Shown: in pieces, positions 17,980 through 26,027 of the stretch
Layout of the letters: the number at the start of each line of letters is the position of its first letter
Position numbering within the stretch: the stretch's first letter is position 1
Source of the DNA: Gemmiger sp.
GTDB lineage: Bacteria; Bacillota; Clostridia; Oscillospirales; Ruminococcaceae
Length of the DNA stretch: 63,850 nt
Assembly (NCBI GenBank): GCA_963629755.1
Contig: CAVGKH010000001.1
Coordinates: 1-63,850 of the forward strand
Direction of reading: 5' to 3'
Made by a program: the position numbers and the translations under genes
The notes under the pieces: model-generated
The model's input: the letters and a program-made list of their open reading frames with translations, nothing else
What the model was told of the DNA's origin: nothing
Database searches by the model: none

Positions 17980-18833
17980 TGCATTGCCTCAGGGTTTGTG
18001 AAGGTCAGTGTATAGTCAATCATGTGCGGTTGGCTCATGGCCGTGGTCTCTGCCTGCACCGGCAGTGCGGTGTTCATCGCGCTCACTGGGATCTCAAATA
18101 CAGAAAGATCGTTCTCATAAGCAGGTGTGTACTCGGTGCCGTTTACGATCATCAAATCGTAGTTTTTGCTGCTCCAAATGATCTTCGCAGTCATTTCGCC
18201 GTTTTCCACGGTCAAGGCTGCCGGGCTCTGCACGCTAGCGCGGCCGCTGCCGCCCTCCAGCGCCACCTCCACGGTATAGCTGCCATCGGCCAGAGCCTCG
18301 CTTTCGGCAGAATCGTCTGCCAGGGGCTGCGGGTCGGTCACGCTTACCTTGTGGTCGTACCAGGTGCCCTTTTTGCCCACCAGCGCCACATCAATCTCGG
18401 TGTCCAGTGCGGGCACAGGCACGGTAAAGGCATACACCTCATCGGTGGTGCCGTCGCTGTAATCCACAGTGTCGGTCACGGGTTCCAGCAGTTCTGCGCC
18501 TTCCTTCTGGGCCTGTTCAGCCGTGCCGGGGTACAGGTTCAGAATGCCCTTGCCTGCCAGCTTGATATAAATGCTCATCTGGCCGTTTTCCACGGTCAGA
18601 ACGCCCCGGCCCTCGCAAGCCTCGTTTACACGGAACATCGTGCTGTCGGTATCAAACTCGGCGCTGTACACGCCGTCAGGCAAAGCGGCCTCGTTTTCAC
18701 TGGCTGTGCTCTCGCTGGCCGGTGCGCTGACCTCTTCCACGCTTTCACTTACGGAAGAAGCCGCACTGCTGACGCAGCCCGCCAGGCTGGCAGCCAGTGC
18801 AGCCGCACACAAAACAGAAATTATTTTTTTCAT
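17976..18833 (-). CDS. lipoprotein with two tandem beta-rich domains, function unknown
   Basis: MKKIISVLCAAALAASLAGC lipobox. Internal repeat: DGVYSAEF..LTVENGQMSIYIKL and DGSYTVEV..LTVENGEMTAKIIW. ATGA overlap with the SBP gene. Confidence 0.6.
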   Translation of the reverse strand: MKKIISVLCAAALAASLAGCVSSAASSVSESVEEVSAPASESTASENEAALPDGVYSAEFDTDSTMFRVNEACEGRGVLTVENGQMSIYIKLAGKGILNLYPGTAEQAQKEGAELLEPVTDTVDYSDGTTDEVYAFTVPVPALDTEIDVALVGKKGTWYDHKVSVTDPQPLADDSAESEALADGSYTVEVALEGGSGRASVQSPAALTVENGEMTAKIIWSSKNYDLMIVNGTEYTPAYENDLSVFEIPVSAMNTALPVQAETTAMSQPHMIDYTLTFTNPEAMQ

Positions 18834-18880
18834 ACTGCTATTCCTCTTTCAGTTTTTTGCTGTGTTTCAAAGCATATTCT

Positions 18881-18915
18881 AAAAAACGGCCCTCCCGAAA
18901 TCATCGAAAGAGCCG
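18881..18915 (-). terminator. strand-specific internal terminator after the cbiK-like gene
   Basis: Minus-strand RNA CGGCUCUUUCG AUGAUUU CGGGAGGGCCG gives an 11-bp stem (3 G.U pairs) followed by UUUUUU. On the plus strand the same pairs are C-A mismatches. Confidence 0.55.
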
Positions 18916-18948
18916 CTTTTGCAACTTTATAAACTATCCGTGGCTGGT

Positions 18949-20163
18949 TTAGCCCTGCATGGCGGCAGCAGTGTGTGCCACATACAGCTGCTCGATAGCC
19001 TCGATGCGGCCCAGACCCTCGATCTGGCAGTCTACGCTCTCAAAGCCTGCAGCTTCCATCATGCTCTTCCAGGAATCATCGTCCTCACCGGCCATATCGT
19101 TGTTGGCATGGTCGCCTGCAACCACCATCAAGGGGCGCAGCACGATCTTGGTGTAGCCGGCAGCCTTCACAGCCTCGATCACAGACTCGCAGCTGGTCTC
19201 TTCCGGCTCGCCTTCTACCGTGCCGATGAACACATTCTCATAGCCCAGCTCGTTCATCTGGCTCTGCATCTGAGAGTAGCTGATCTTAGCAGTGTGAGAG
19301 GTGCCATGGCCCATGAACACAAAGGCCACGCTGTCCTCAGCGGCAGCAGCGGCAGATTCATAACCGGCAGTCTTTACAGCCTCGGCGGTGATATCCTCAG
19401 CCACAGCCTTCTTGTCGGCGTTCACAACGGTAGCATCGCTGCCAACCTCACCCATCAGAGGCTCGGCAACGGCAACGCTCTCAAACTTGTCGGCGTACTC
19501 GTTTACGGCCTCTACCATTTCGTCATACTCAGCGCCATGCATCAGATGGGTGGGCTGCACGACCAGGTTCTTTACGCCGTTTGCCACAGCGCGGTCCAGA
19601 GCCTGCTGCATGTTATCGATGTGCTCATCGTCGCGGGCCTGCACATGGTTGATGATGATCTGTGCGGTAAAGGCGCGGCGAACGCTCCAATCGGGGTTTG
19701 CCTCCTGAATGGCATCCTCAATGGCCTTGATATCCTTCACACGGCTGTCGTTGAAAGAAGTGCCGAAGCTTACCACGAGGATCTCGTTGTCGCCGATCTC
19801 ATCCTGGTTGCGGGGGTCATCCAGCGAAGCATCGCCGGTGTCGCGGCCAAAGTAATCGGGGGCGGCTTCCTCGCCCTCTACCAGCTCTTTCTGGGCATCG
19901 GTCAGGGCATCCCAGGCAGCCTTTGCCTCAGCGCACTGGGCATCGGTATTTTCGTTGCGTTCCTGCACATAGATGGCATCGATCAGCTCAGCCACATGGT
20001 CAGCGGCGGCCTGGTCGGCATCCTCGCTGGCGGCAGAGCTGACGCTTTCGCTGGCAGCAGGGGCCGAAGCGGCGGTGCTGGCAGAAGCAGCCGAAGAGCT
20101 GCAGCCTGCCAGCAGGCTGGCGGCCATAGCAGTGCTCACAAGAGCAGCAGTGATTTTTCTCAT
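18949..20163 (-). CDS. CbiK-fold (sirohydrochlorin cobaltochelatase family) lipoprotein, predicted extracytoplasmic
   Basis: Start set at ATG 20163 (AAGGAG RBS), giving MRKITAALVSTAMAASLLAGC (signal peptide plus lipobox). Ala/Ser linker follows. CbiK motifs QPTHLMHGAEY and FMGHGTSH are kept. Confidence 0.75.
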   Translation of the reverse strand: MRKITAALVSTAMAASLLAGCSSSAASASTAASAPAASESVSSAASEDADQAAADHVAELIDAIYVQERNENTDAQCAEAKAAWDALTDAQKELVEGEEAAPDYFGRDTGDASLDDPRNQDEIGDNEILVVSFGTSFNDSRVKDIKAIEDAIQEANPDWSVRRAFTAQIIINHVQARDDEHIDNMQQALDRAVANGVKNLVVQPTHLMHGAEYDEMVEAVNEYADKFESVAVAEPLMGEVGSDATVVNADKKAVAEDITAEAVKTAGYESAAAAAEDSVAFVFMGHGTSHTAKISYSQMQSQMNELGYENVFIGTVEGEPEETSCESVIEAVKAAGYTKIVLRPLMVVAGDHANNDMAGEDDDSWKSMMEAAGFESVDCQIEGLGRIEAIEQLYVAHTAAAMQG

Positions 20164-20254
20164 AGTTTTTCTCCTTTTTTCTCGGCAGTACTTCGCTGCC
20201 TGTTTAGGTAAGGGCTGACGCCCCGCTTTAAAACGGTATGCAAGCTGAACATCA

Positions 20255-20291
20255 GCAAAAAGCGCTCCACAGCCCAAAAGCTGAGGAGCGC
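20255..20291 (-). terminator. riboswitch expression-platform terminator
   Basis: Minus strand GCGCTCCTCAGC TTTTGG GCTGTGGAGCGC (11 of 12 bp) followed by TTTTTG, downstream of the B12 box. Confidence 0.65.
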
Positions 20292-20384
20292 ACAAAAATA
20301 AGCCCTTTTCACGGCTATGCTTTTTTTGCCTGCCCGCCAAGCTTCGTGGCTTTTGGGTACTGCTTTCTGCACCCGCAGCAGCGA

Positions 20385-20572
20385 CACGGCAGGTTTCCTG
20401 GCTTACGGATCAAACGCTGTGCACCGGCCTTCCCAAAAGCATATGCCTTCAGTGGCACAGGTGATGCCCAGCTTTCCGCTTACAGTGACGAGATCGTACG
20501 GGGTTTTCACCCGTTTCCCTTTTACCCGCAGCCTCACGCCTTCCGGCGGGTTTTGGCAGCGGCACCGCCCGC
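20385..20572 (-). promoter_or_regulatory. cobalamin (B12) riboswitch aptamer
   Basis: Minus strand reads GGTGCC, GGTAAAAGGGAAACGGGTGAAAACCCCG, CGTCACTGTAAGCGG, GCCACTG, TGGGAAGGCCGG and the B12 box AAGCCAGGAAACCTGCC (20389-20405). Confidence 0.85.
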
Positions 20573-20592
20573 AAAATTGAATACCAACGCAT

Positions 20593-20621
20593 ATCATACC
20601 ACCGGGCCGGTAAAAAAGCAA
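20593..20621 (-). promoter_or_regulatory. putative promoter of the riboswitch operon
   Basis: Minus strand TTGCTT, 17 nt, TGgTATGAT (extended -10). Confidence 0.45.
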
Positions 20622-20653
20622 CCGTTTTTTCGGGGTTTATCCGGGGATTCGGT

Positions 20654-21064
20654 TTAAATCACGATGCCGTTGCAGTGGTCGATCTCGTGCTGAATGATCT
20701 GCGCCGTCCAGCCCGTAAAATTTTTGATACGGGTCTGCATTTTTTCGTTCTGCCAGCGCACCTTAATTGTTTTATAGCGCACAGTGGGGCGGCGGCCCTC
20801 CAACGAAAGGCAGGCCTCGGCGGTTTTGTAGCTGCCGCTCGCCTTGAGGATCTCCGGGTTCAGCATCACCTGGGTCTCACCCTCGCAGTCAAACGCAATG
20901 ATGCATTTTAAAATGCCGATCATGTTGGCCGCCATGCCCACGCATTCGTTTGCATGGGCCTCCAGTGTGTCACGCAGATCCTGCGCAGCGGCCAGGTCAT
21001 CGGCTGTGGCCGGGGCGCTTTTCTGCCCCAGCAAGATCACATCTTTTATAATGAGCTGTACCAT
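20654..21064 (-). CDS. def: peptide deformylase-like protein (divergent short paralogue)
   Basis: 136 aa. Motif 3 HEIDHCNG is intact. Motif 2 is EACLS (canonical EGCLS). Motif 1 is GMAANMIG (canonical G-x-A-A-x-Q). Confidence 0.65.
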   Translation of the reverse strand: MVQLIIKDVILLGQKSAPATADDLAAAQDLRDTLEAHANECVGMAANMIGILKCIIAFDCEGETQVMLNPEILKASGSYKTAEACLSLEGRRPTVRYKTIKVRWQNEKMQTRIKNFTGWTAQIIQHEIDHCNGIVI

Positions 21065-21068
21065 GGTT

Positions 21069-21284
21069 TTATTCTCCTATATAAGTAAATCGTTTCACAA
21101 CGCGGCCATCGCGCTGCACGGTCTCGTTCCACATGACCGCCGGGCGCACCCAAATGCCCTTTTCGCCGTAAAGCGCCTGATAAACCACCATAGGCTCCAG
21201 CGTTTCGGAATGGGCAGCCGTATACAAAACGCGGTATTCGCCGCCCTTAAAATGCCGGTAAAGGCCCGGTTTTATCGGTTCCAT
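21069..21284 (-). CDS. DUF1653 family protein
   Basis: 71 aa. GLYRHFKGGEYRVL..ALYGE..WVRP is the DUF1653 signature. Confidence 0.65.
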   Translation of the reverse strand: MEPIKPGLYRHFKGGEYRVLYTAAHSETLEPMVVYQALYGEKGIWVRPAVMWNETVQRDGRVVKRFTYIGE

Positions 21285-21682
21285 CAGTGCGCCTCCCCCG
21301 TGCAGAACATATCCACGGTGCCGTCAGCCATCAGCTTGTTGTTTTCGCCCAGCACCTGCACGCGGTACACAGCCATCTGCCGCCCGCGGCGAACGCACTC
21401 TGCCACGGCACGCACCGTGCCCTCTTTCTGATTGCTCAAAAAATTGATATGGCTGCTCTGGGTCACATAGCGGCGGCCATCCTGCCGGGCGGCCAGGCCC
21501 GCTGTGCACTCTAAGATCGTATAGATCAGGCCGCCGTGCATAAAGCCGTATAAATTGCGCGACTCCGGCACCAGCGTAACGGCCATTTCAGCCCGGTCGG
21601 TGCTGGCCGAAACCACCTTGATATGGTTATAATCCATAAACGGATTGCCCTGCTCGTAGCTTTTCTTCTCTTGTTCGTCCAT
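21284..21682 (-). CDS. PaaI family (hotdog-fold) thioesterase
   Basis: Start set at ATG 21682 (AGGAAAGGAA RBS). Motifs NLYGFMHGGLIYTILECTAG and C-terminal ADGTVDMF. Confidence 0.7.
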   Translation of the reverse strand: MDEQEKKSYEQGNPFMDYNHIKVVSASTDRAEMAVTLVPESRNLYGFMHGGLIYTILECTAGLAARQDGRRYVTQSSHINFLSNQKEGTVRAVAECVRRGRQMAVYRVQVLGENNKLMADGTVDMFCTGEAH

Positions 21683-21878
21683 AATGCTGTTCCTTTCCTG
21701 TGCGGCCCCGGTAGGCATGGGTTGCCCCTTTTCCCAGTGCGGGCTGTTTTGCCCCACCGGCCCTTACCTTGTATCATACACGGCTTTTTTTCGCTGTGCA
21801 ATGCCAAGCTTTCCCCTTGCGGGAAGTTTTTTTCTTTCTTATAATAGAGTTGATATTAAGGGGAAAAGAGGTTTTCGC

Positions 21879-22448
21879 ATGAATTTTTCCAAAAAGCTTC
21901 AGTACAATGCACCCGTTACGCTTACATTCTTTTTCTTTTCGCTGGCCGCACTCATTTTAAATGTATGCACAGGCGGGGTAAGCAACCGGCTTTTGTTCAG
22001 CGTATGCCGCTCATCGCCCGCTTCACCGCTGTTTTATGTGCGGCTGTTCACGCATGTGCTGGGCCATGCCGGGTGGGAGCACTTTATGGGCAACATGCTG
22101 CTGTTTTTGGTGATCGCACCGCCCATGGAAGAAAAATACGGTAGCCGCACGCTGCTGGCCGCCATTGCCGTAACAGCGCTGATCTCGGGCGTATTACAGT
22201 GCGTGTTTTTCCCCGGCACAGCCCTTTTGGGGGCCAGCGGCATCGTGTTCATGCTTTTAATGCTCGCCAGCCTTTCGGGTATGCAGTCGGGCCGCATTCC
22301 CCTTACCATGATCCTGGTGGGGCTTTTATATCTGAGCCAGCAGGTATACGGCATGCTGTTTGTGCAGGATAATGTAGCCAACTTCATGCACATTATCGGC
22401 GGCGTGTGCGGCACCGTGCTCGGCTTCCGCCTGCAGAGAAAGCAATAA
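21879..22448 (+). CDS. rhomboid family intramembrane serine protease
   Basis: Start at ATG 21879. GASGIVFML (GxSG) and a downstream HIIGGVCG histidine helix. About 6 TM helices. Confidence 0.7.
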   Translation: MNFSKKLQYNAPVTLTFFFFSLAALILNVCTGGVSNRLLFSVCRSSPASPLFYVRLFTHVLGHAGWEHFMGNMLLFLVIAPPMEEKYGSRTLLAAIAVTALISGVLQCVFFPGTALLGASGIVFMLLMLASLSGMQSGRIPLTMILVGLLYLSQQVYGMLFVQDNVANFMHIIGGVCGTVLGFRLQRKQ

Positions 22449-22468
22449 ATTTATATTTAAGGCACTTT

Positions 22469-22504
22469 CGCCCGGCTCTCAAAGAAGCCGGGCGGATTTT
22501 TTTT
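22469..22504. terminator. bidirectional terminator
   Basis: CGCCCGGCT/AGCCGGGCG stem followed by TTTTTTTT between convergent rhomboid and DUF554 genes. Confidence 0.7.
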
Positions 22505-23201
22505 ACCCGATCAGCCCGGTCCACAGCATGCTGAGCGGCATCACCAGTATCAGCGCCGGCATCATATCCACGATGGGCGCATCCAGAATTTTTGCCACAC
22601 GCAGAGCCGCACCCAGCGTAAGCACGCCGCCGCAGCCCGAAAGATCAGCGACCATTTCCGGCGTTAAGAACGGTGCAATAAAGCGGGAAATGCCGAACAC
22701 GATCAAAAAGATGCCCAGCTGCGGCAGCGGAATAGCGCAAAGGCTCACACCAAGGCCCGTGGCAAACACGGCAGCGGTAAAAAAGTCCATGATCGCTTTG
22801 CTCAAAAGCAGGCTGGGGTCCCCCGTGATGCCCTCGGTCATGGCACCGTACCAGCCAAAGCCGCTGCAGCAGAAGATTGCCACCATGGTGATATACACAT
22901 TCATATCCACTTCTTTGCCGCCCAGGTGCAGCGCGCTGACCAGCCAGCGGAAAAATACGGTAGTTCTTTCATGCAGGTGCAGAAGCTGGCCGATGGTAAA
23001 GCCCAGCAGCACTGCCAGCACCACCACCGACATATTGTGCACCTTGATTACTGAATTGATGGCCACGCCCATGCTGCAAAGGCCAAACATGGCAGGCAGG
23101 TTTTGCTTTAAATATTCCGGGGCGATCTTTTTCAGCAAGGTACCGCCCAGAAGGCCGCCCAAAAACACAGCCAAACAGTTTGTAATTACTCCAACAGGCA
23201 T
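22503..23201 (-). CDS. DUF554 family membrane protein
   Basis: 232 aa polytopic. N-terminus MPVGVITNCLAVFLGGLLG is typical of the DUF554/YqgA family. Confidence 0.65.
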   Translation of the reverse strand: MPVGVITNCLAVFLGGLLGGTLLKKIAPEYLKQNLPAMFGLCSMGVAINSVIKVHNMSVVVLAVLLGFTIGQLLHLHERTTVFFRWLVSALHLGGKEVDMNVYITMVAIFCCSGFGWYGAMTEGITGDPSLLLSKAIMDFFTAAVFATGLGVSLCAIPLPQLGIFLIVFGISRFIAPFLTPEMVADLSGCGGVLTLGAALRVAKILDAPIVDMMPALILVMPLSMLWTGLIG

Positions 23202-23287
23202 TTTATCGCATTCTCCTTACTCTTTTTTTCTCTTATAAATCTGTTTTACAGGCCGCATATCGTGCTTATAAAAGCAGCTTTTGCTTG

Positions 23288-23959
23288 TTATTTCCAGCCG
23301 CGCTTGGCGGGGTCCAGCGTGTCCGCCGCCGTGTATAAAAGCGCATTGCAGATGGCCGCCGCCACGCTGGAGCCTCCCTTGCGGCCCATGGCCGCTATGC
23401 AGGGCACACCCAGCTTTTGGCATGCGGCAAAGATCATCTCTTTGCTTTCCACCACATTCACAAAGCCCACCGGCACGCCAATCACCAGCGCGGGGCGCGC
23501 ACCCTGCTGCATAAGCTCTGTCAGGCGAACCAGCGCCGTGGGGGCGTTGCCCACCGCGATCACTGCGCCCGGGTTCTCGGCCATGGCGTGCTCCATGCTT
23601 ACGGCAGCGCGGGTAGTGCCGCGCTGGTTGGCCTCGGCTGCCACTGCCGGGTCAGCCATATAGCAAAGCGCCTGCCCGCCCAATTTGGCAAGGCTGGGCT
23701 TGCTTAAACCGGCCAGCGCCATGTTGGTATCGGTCACGATCACCGCACCCCTATGCAGGGCGTTTATGCCCTGCTGCACAGCGTTTGGAGTAAATTTCAG
23801 ATTTTCCGCATAATCAAAATCGGCGCTGGCATGAATGGCCCGGTATACCACTGCCCGGTTTTCAGCCGGTATCTCCCGCCCCATCTGCGCCAGCTCGGCG
23901 GCAATGATCTGCATACTGGCGTTTTCAATGCCCGCCGGGGCCGCATGTTCCAGCTTCAA
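23288..23959 (-). CDS. cbiC: cobalt-precorrin-8 methylmutase
   Basis: 223 aa. Motifs IAVGNAPTAL and GVPVGFVNVVESKE. Confidence 0.85.
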   Translation of the reverse strand: MKLEHAAPAGIENASMQIIAAELAQMGREIPAENRAVVYRAIHASADFDYAENLKFTPNAVQQGINALHRGAVIVTDTNMALAGLSKPSLAKLGGQALCYMADPAVAAEANQRGTTRAAVSMEHAMAENPGAVIAVGNAPTALVRLTELMQQGARPALVIGVPVGFVNVVESKEMIFAACQKLGVPCIAAMGRKGGSSVAAAICNALLYTAADTLDPAKRGWK

Positions 23960-24468
23960 AACTCCACTCCCTCTCTGGCGGCAATGCCTTTTTCATAAGG
24001 ATGCTTACGGCACTGCATTTCGGTGTAATAGTCGGCGGCATCCACCATCCAGCCGGCAGGGCCGCGCCCGGTAAGCACCACCTCGCGCCCAGCCGGCTTT
24101 TGCAGCACCGCCCTGCGCAGCACCTGCTCTTCCACCAGCCCCAGACGGCAGGCCGCGCAGGCTTCGTCTAAAATCAAAAGGTCACTGGGCAGCGCCAGCG
24201 CTTTCTGCAGATTTTCGGTCTGCAGGGCTTTAGTTTCGGCTTTTTCGGTATCGTTCATCTGAAACACGAATTTCTGCCCGGCCTTGCCGCGCAGCACCAC
24301 TGCGCCCAGCTTTTGCAGCCCGGCCAGCTCGCCGGTCTCGCTGCCCTTCAAAAACTGCACGATCACCACTTTTTCGCCATGCCCCAGCGCGCGCAGCGCA
24401 AGGCCCATGGCCGCCGTTGTTTTGCCCTTGCCATCGCCGCAGTATAAATGCACCAGGCCCTGTTTCAT
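23956..24468 (-). CDS. cobO: cob(I)yrinic acid a,c-diamide adenosyltransferase (CobO/BtuR type)
   Basis: 170 aa. P-loop GDGKGKTTAAMG. 4-nt overlaps on both sides. Confidence 0.8.
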   Translation of the reverse strand: MKQGLVHLYCGDGKGKTTAAMGLALRALGHGEKVVIVQFLKGSETGELAGLQKLGAVVLRGKAGQKFVFQMNDTEKAETKALQTENLQKALALPSDLLILDEACAACRLGLVEEQVLRRAVLQKPAGREVVLTGRGPAGWMVDAADYYTEMQCRKHPYEKGIAAREGVEF

Positions 24469-25946
24469 ACCCTGCCCTCCAAAATATCATATACCAGCTT
24501 CATATCCAGCGCGCTGCGCACACCATCAGCCAGCTTATCGTACTGGCTCTGCCGCCATTCCTTTTGCGGCATGGCCGGGGCAGCAGGCTCGATGCCCTTG
24601 GCATCACACAGCTTTTGGGCCAGCGTTTCCAGCGCACTGTCGGTATCAAACAATCCGTGCAGGTAGGTGCCCTCGCAACTGCCGGAGATGCAACCGTCCA
24701 CTTCCCCGTTTTCAAAGCGGATAAACGGCTGCCCGTTTACCACTGTGCGCCCCTGGTGGATCTCGTACCCTGCCAGCTGCGCGCCCTCTAAAAGGCCGCC
24801 CAGGCAGCGGGCCGTTTTGCGGGTACGGGTCTTATCCGGGGTAAACACGGTTTTGCAGTCTAAAAGCCCCATGCCGCGCACCTCGGGGGTATCGCCCTCG
24901 CAGCCGTGCGGGTCATGCAGTGCCTTTCCCATCATCTGATAGCCGCCGCACACGCCCAAAATCGGCACCCCCCACTCGTTCAAATGCAGAATGCGCGCCT
25001 CCAGCCCGCACTCGCGCAGCCAGATAAGATCGGCTGTAGTGCTTTTGGTGCCGGGCAGAATGATCAGGTCCGGCTCGCCCAGCTCAGCCACGCTGCCCAC
25101 ATACCGCACCGAAAGCGCGGGGTGGCCCGCCAGCGGCGCAAAATCGGTAAAGTTGCTGATATGCGGCAGGCGCACTACTGCAATATCCACTGTGCCCACA
25201 CCGTTTTTGGCGTTTAGCGCCGGGGCCAGTGAATCCTCTTCGTCAATTTCCACCTTCAGCATGGGCACCACGCCCGCCACCGGAATGCCGGTGAGCGCGC
25301 GCAGCTGGTCAAGCCCGGGCTCTAAAAGGCGCACATCGCCGCGGAACTTATTGATGATAAGCCCTTTGATGCGCTGCTTTTCTTCGGGGGCCAGCAGGGC
25401 TGCCGTGCCGTACAGCTGGGCAAACACGCCGCCGCGGTCGATATCTCCGGCCAGCAGCACAGGGGCATCCACCAGCTCGGCCAGGCCCATATTTACGATA
25501 TCGTCCTTGCGCAGGTTGATCTCGGCCGGGCTGCCCGCGCCCTCGATCACGATCACATCGTACTCTTCAGCCAGGCTGTTGTAGGCAGCCAGAATCTCGG
25601 GGATCAGCTGCTTTTTATAGGCAAAATATTCCCGTGCGCTCATCTGCCCGCGAATTTCGCCGTTCACGATCACCTGGCTGCCGGTATCACTGCTGGGCTT
25701 GAGCAGCACCGGGTTCATGCGCACATCAGGCTCTACCCCGGCGGCCTCGGCCTGCATATACTGCGCGCGCCCCATTTCCAGCCCGTCGGCTGTAACGGCG
25801 CTGTTCAGCGCCATGTTCTGGCTTTTAAATGGTGCGGCACGCAACCCGTCCTGCGCAAAAATGCGGCACAGAGCCGCGCATAAAAGGCTTTTGCCCGCGC
25901 CCGACATAGTGCCCTGCACCATAATGCATCTGACCTTTTTTGCCAT
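24465..25946 (-). CDS. cbiP: cobyric acid synthase
   Basis: 493 aa. N-terminal VQGTMSGAGKS and a C-terminal GATase-1 domain (GVCGGYQMMG). Confidence 0.9.
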   Translation of the reverse strand: MAKKVRCIMVQGTMSGAGKSLLCAALCRIFAQDGLRAAPFKSQNMALNSAVTADGLEMGRAQYMQAEAAGVEPDVRMNPVLLKPSSDTGSQVIVNGEIRGQMSAREYFAYKKQLIPEILAAYNSLAEEYDVIVIEGAGSPAEINLRKDDIVNMGLAELVDAPVLLAGDIDRGGVFAQLYGTAALLAPEEKQRIKGLIINKFRGDVRLLEPGLDQLRALTGIPVAGVVPMLKVEIDEEDSLAPALNAKNGVGTVDIAVVRLPHISNFTDFAPLAGHPALSVRYVGSVAELGEPDLIILPGTKSTTADLIWLRECGLEARILHLNEWGVPILGVCGGYQMMGKALHDPHGCEGDTPEVRGMGLLDCKTVFTPDKTRTRKTARCLGGLLEGAQLAGYEIHQGRTVVNGQPFIRFENGEVDGCISGSCEGTYLHGLFDTDSALETLAQKLCDAKGIEPAAPAMPQKEWRQSQYDKLADGVRSALDMKLVYDILEGRV

Positions 25947-25964
25947 ATTCTTTCCCCTTTATTT

Positions 25965-26027
25965 TAATTGAGATTTGTATGCCCTCGGTCGAATGGGCAC
26001 TCTGTAAGGGCTGCGCCAACCCCCGCT
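25965..26027 (+). repeat. truncated copy (D) of the nested-hairpin repeat family
   Basis: AATTGAGATTTGTATGCCCTCGGTCGAATGGGCAC aligns with the left end of copy B (AATTGGGGTTTGTGTTCCCCAGGTCGAACGGGCAC). The following TCTGTAAGGGCTGC matches copy A. Confidence 0.65.

Noticed and set aside
20238-20657. 139-aa plus-strand ORF, and other small ORFs, between the cbiK-like gene and def.
   Set aside because: The region is explained by the minus-strand cobalamin riboswitch and its terminator.
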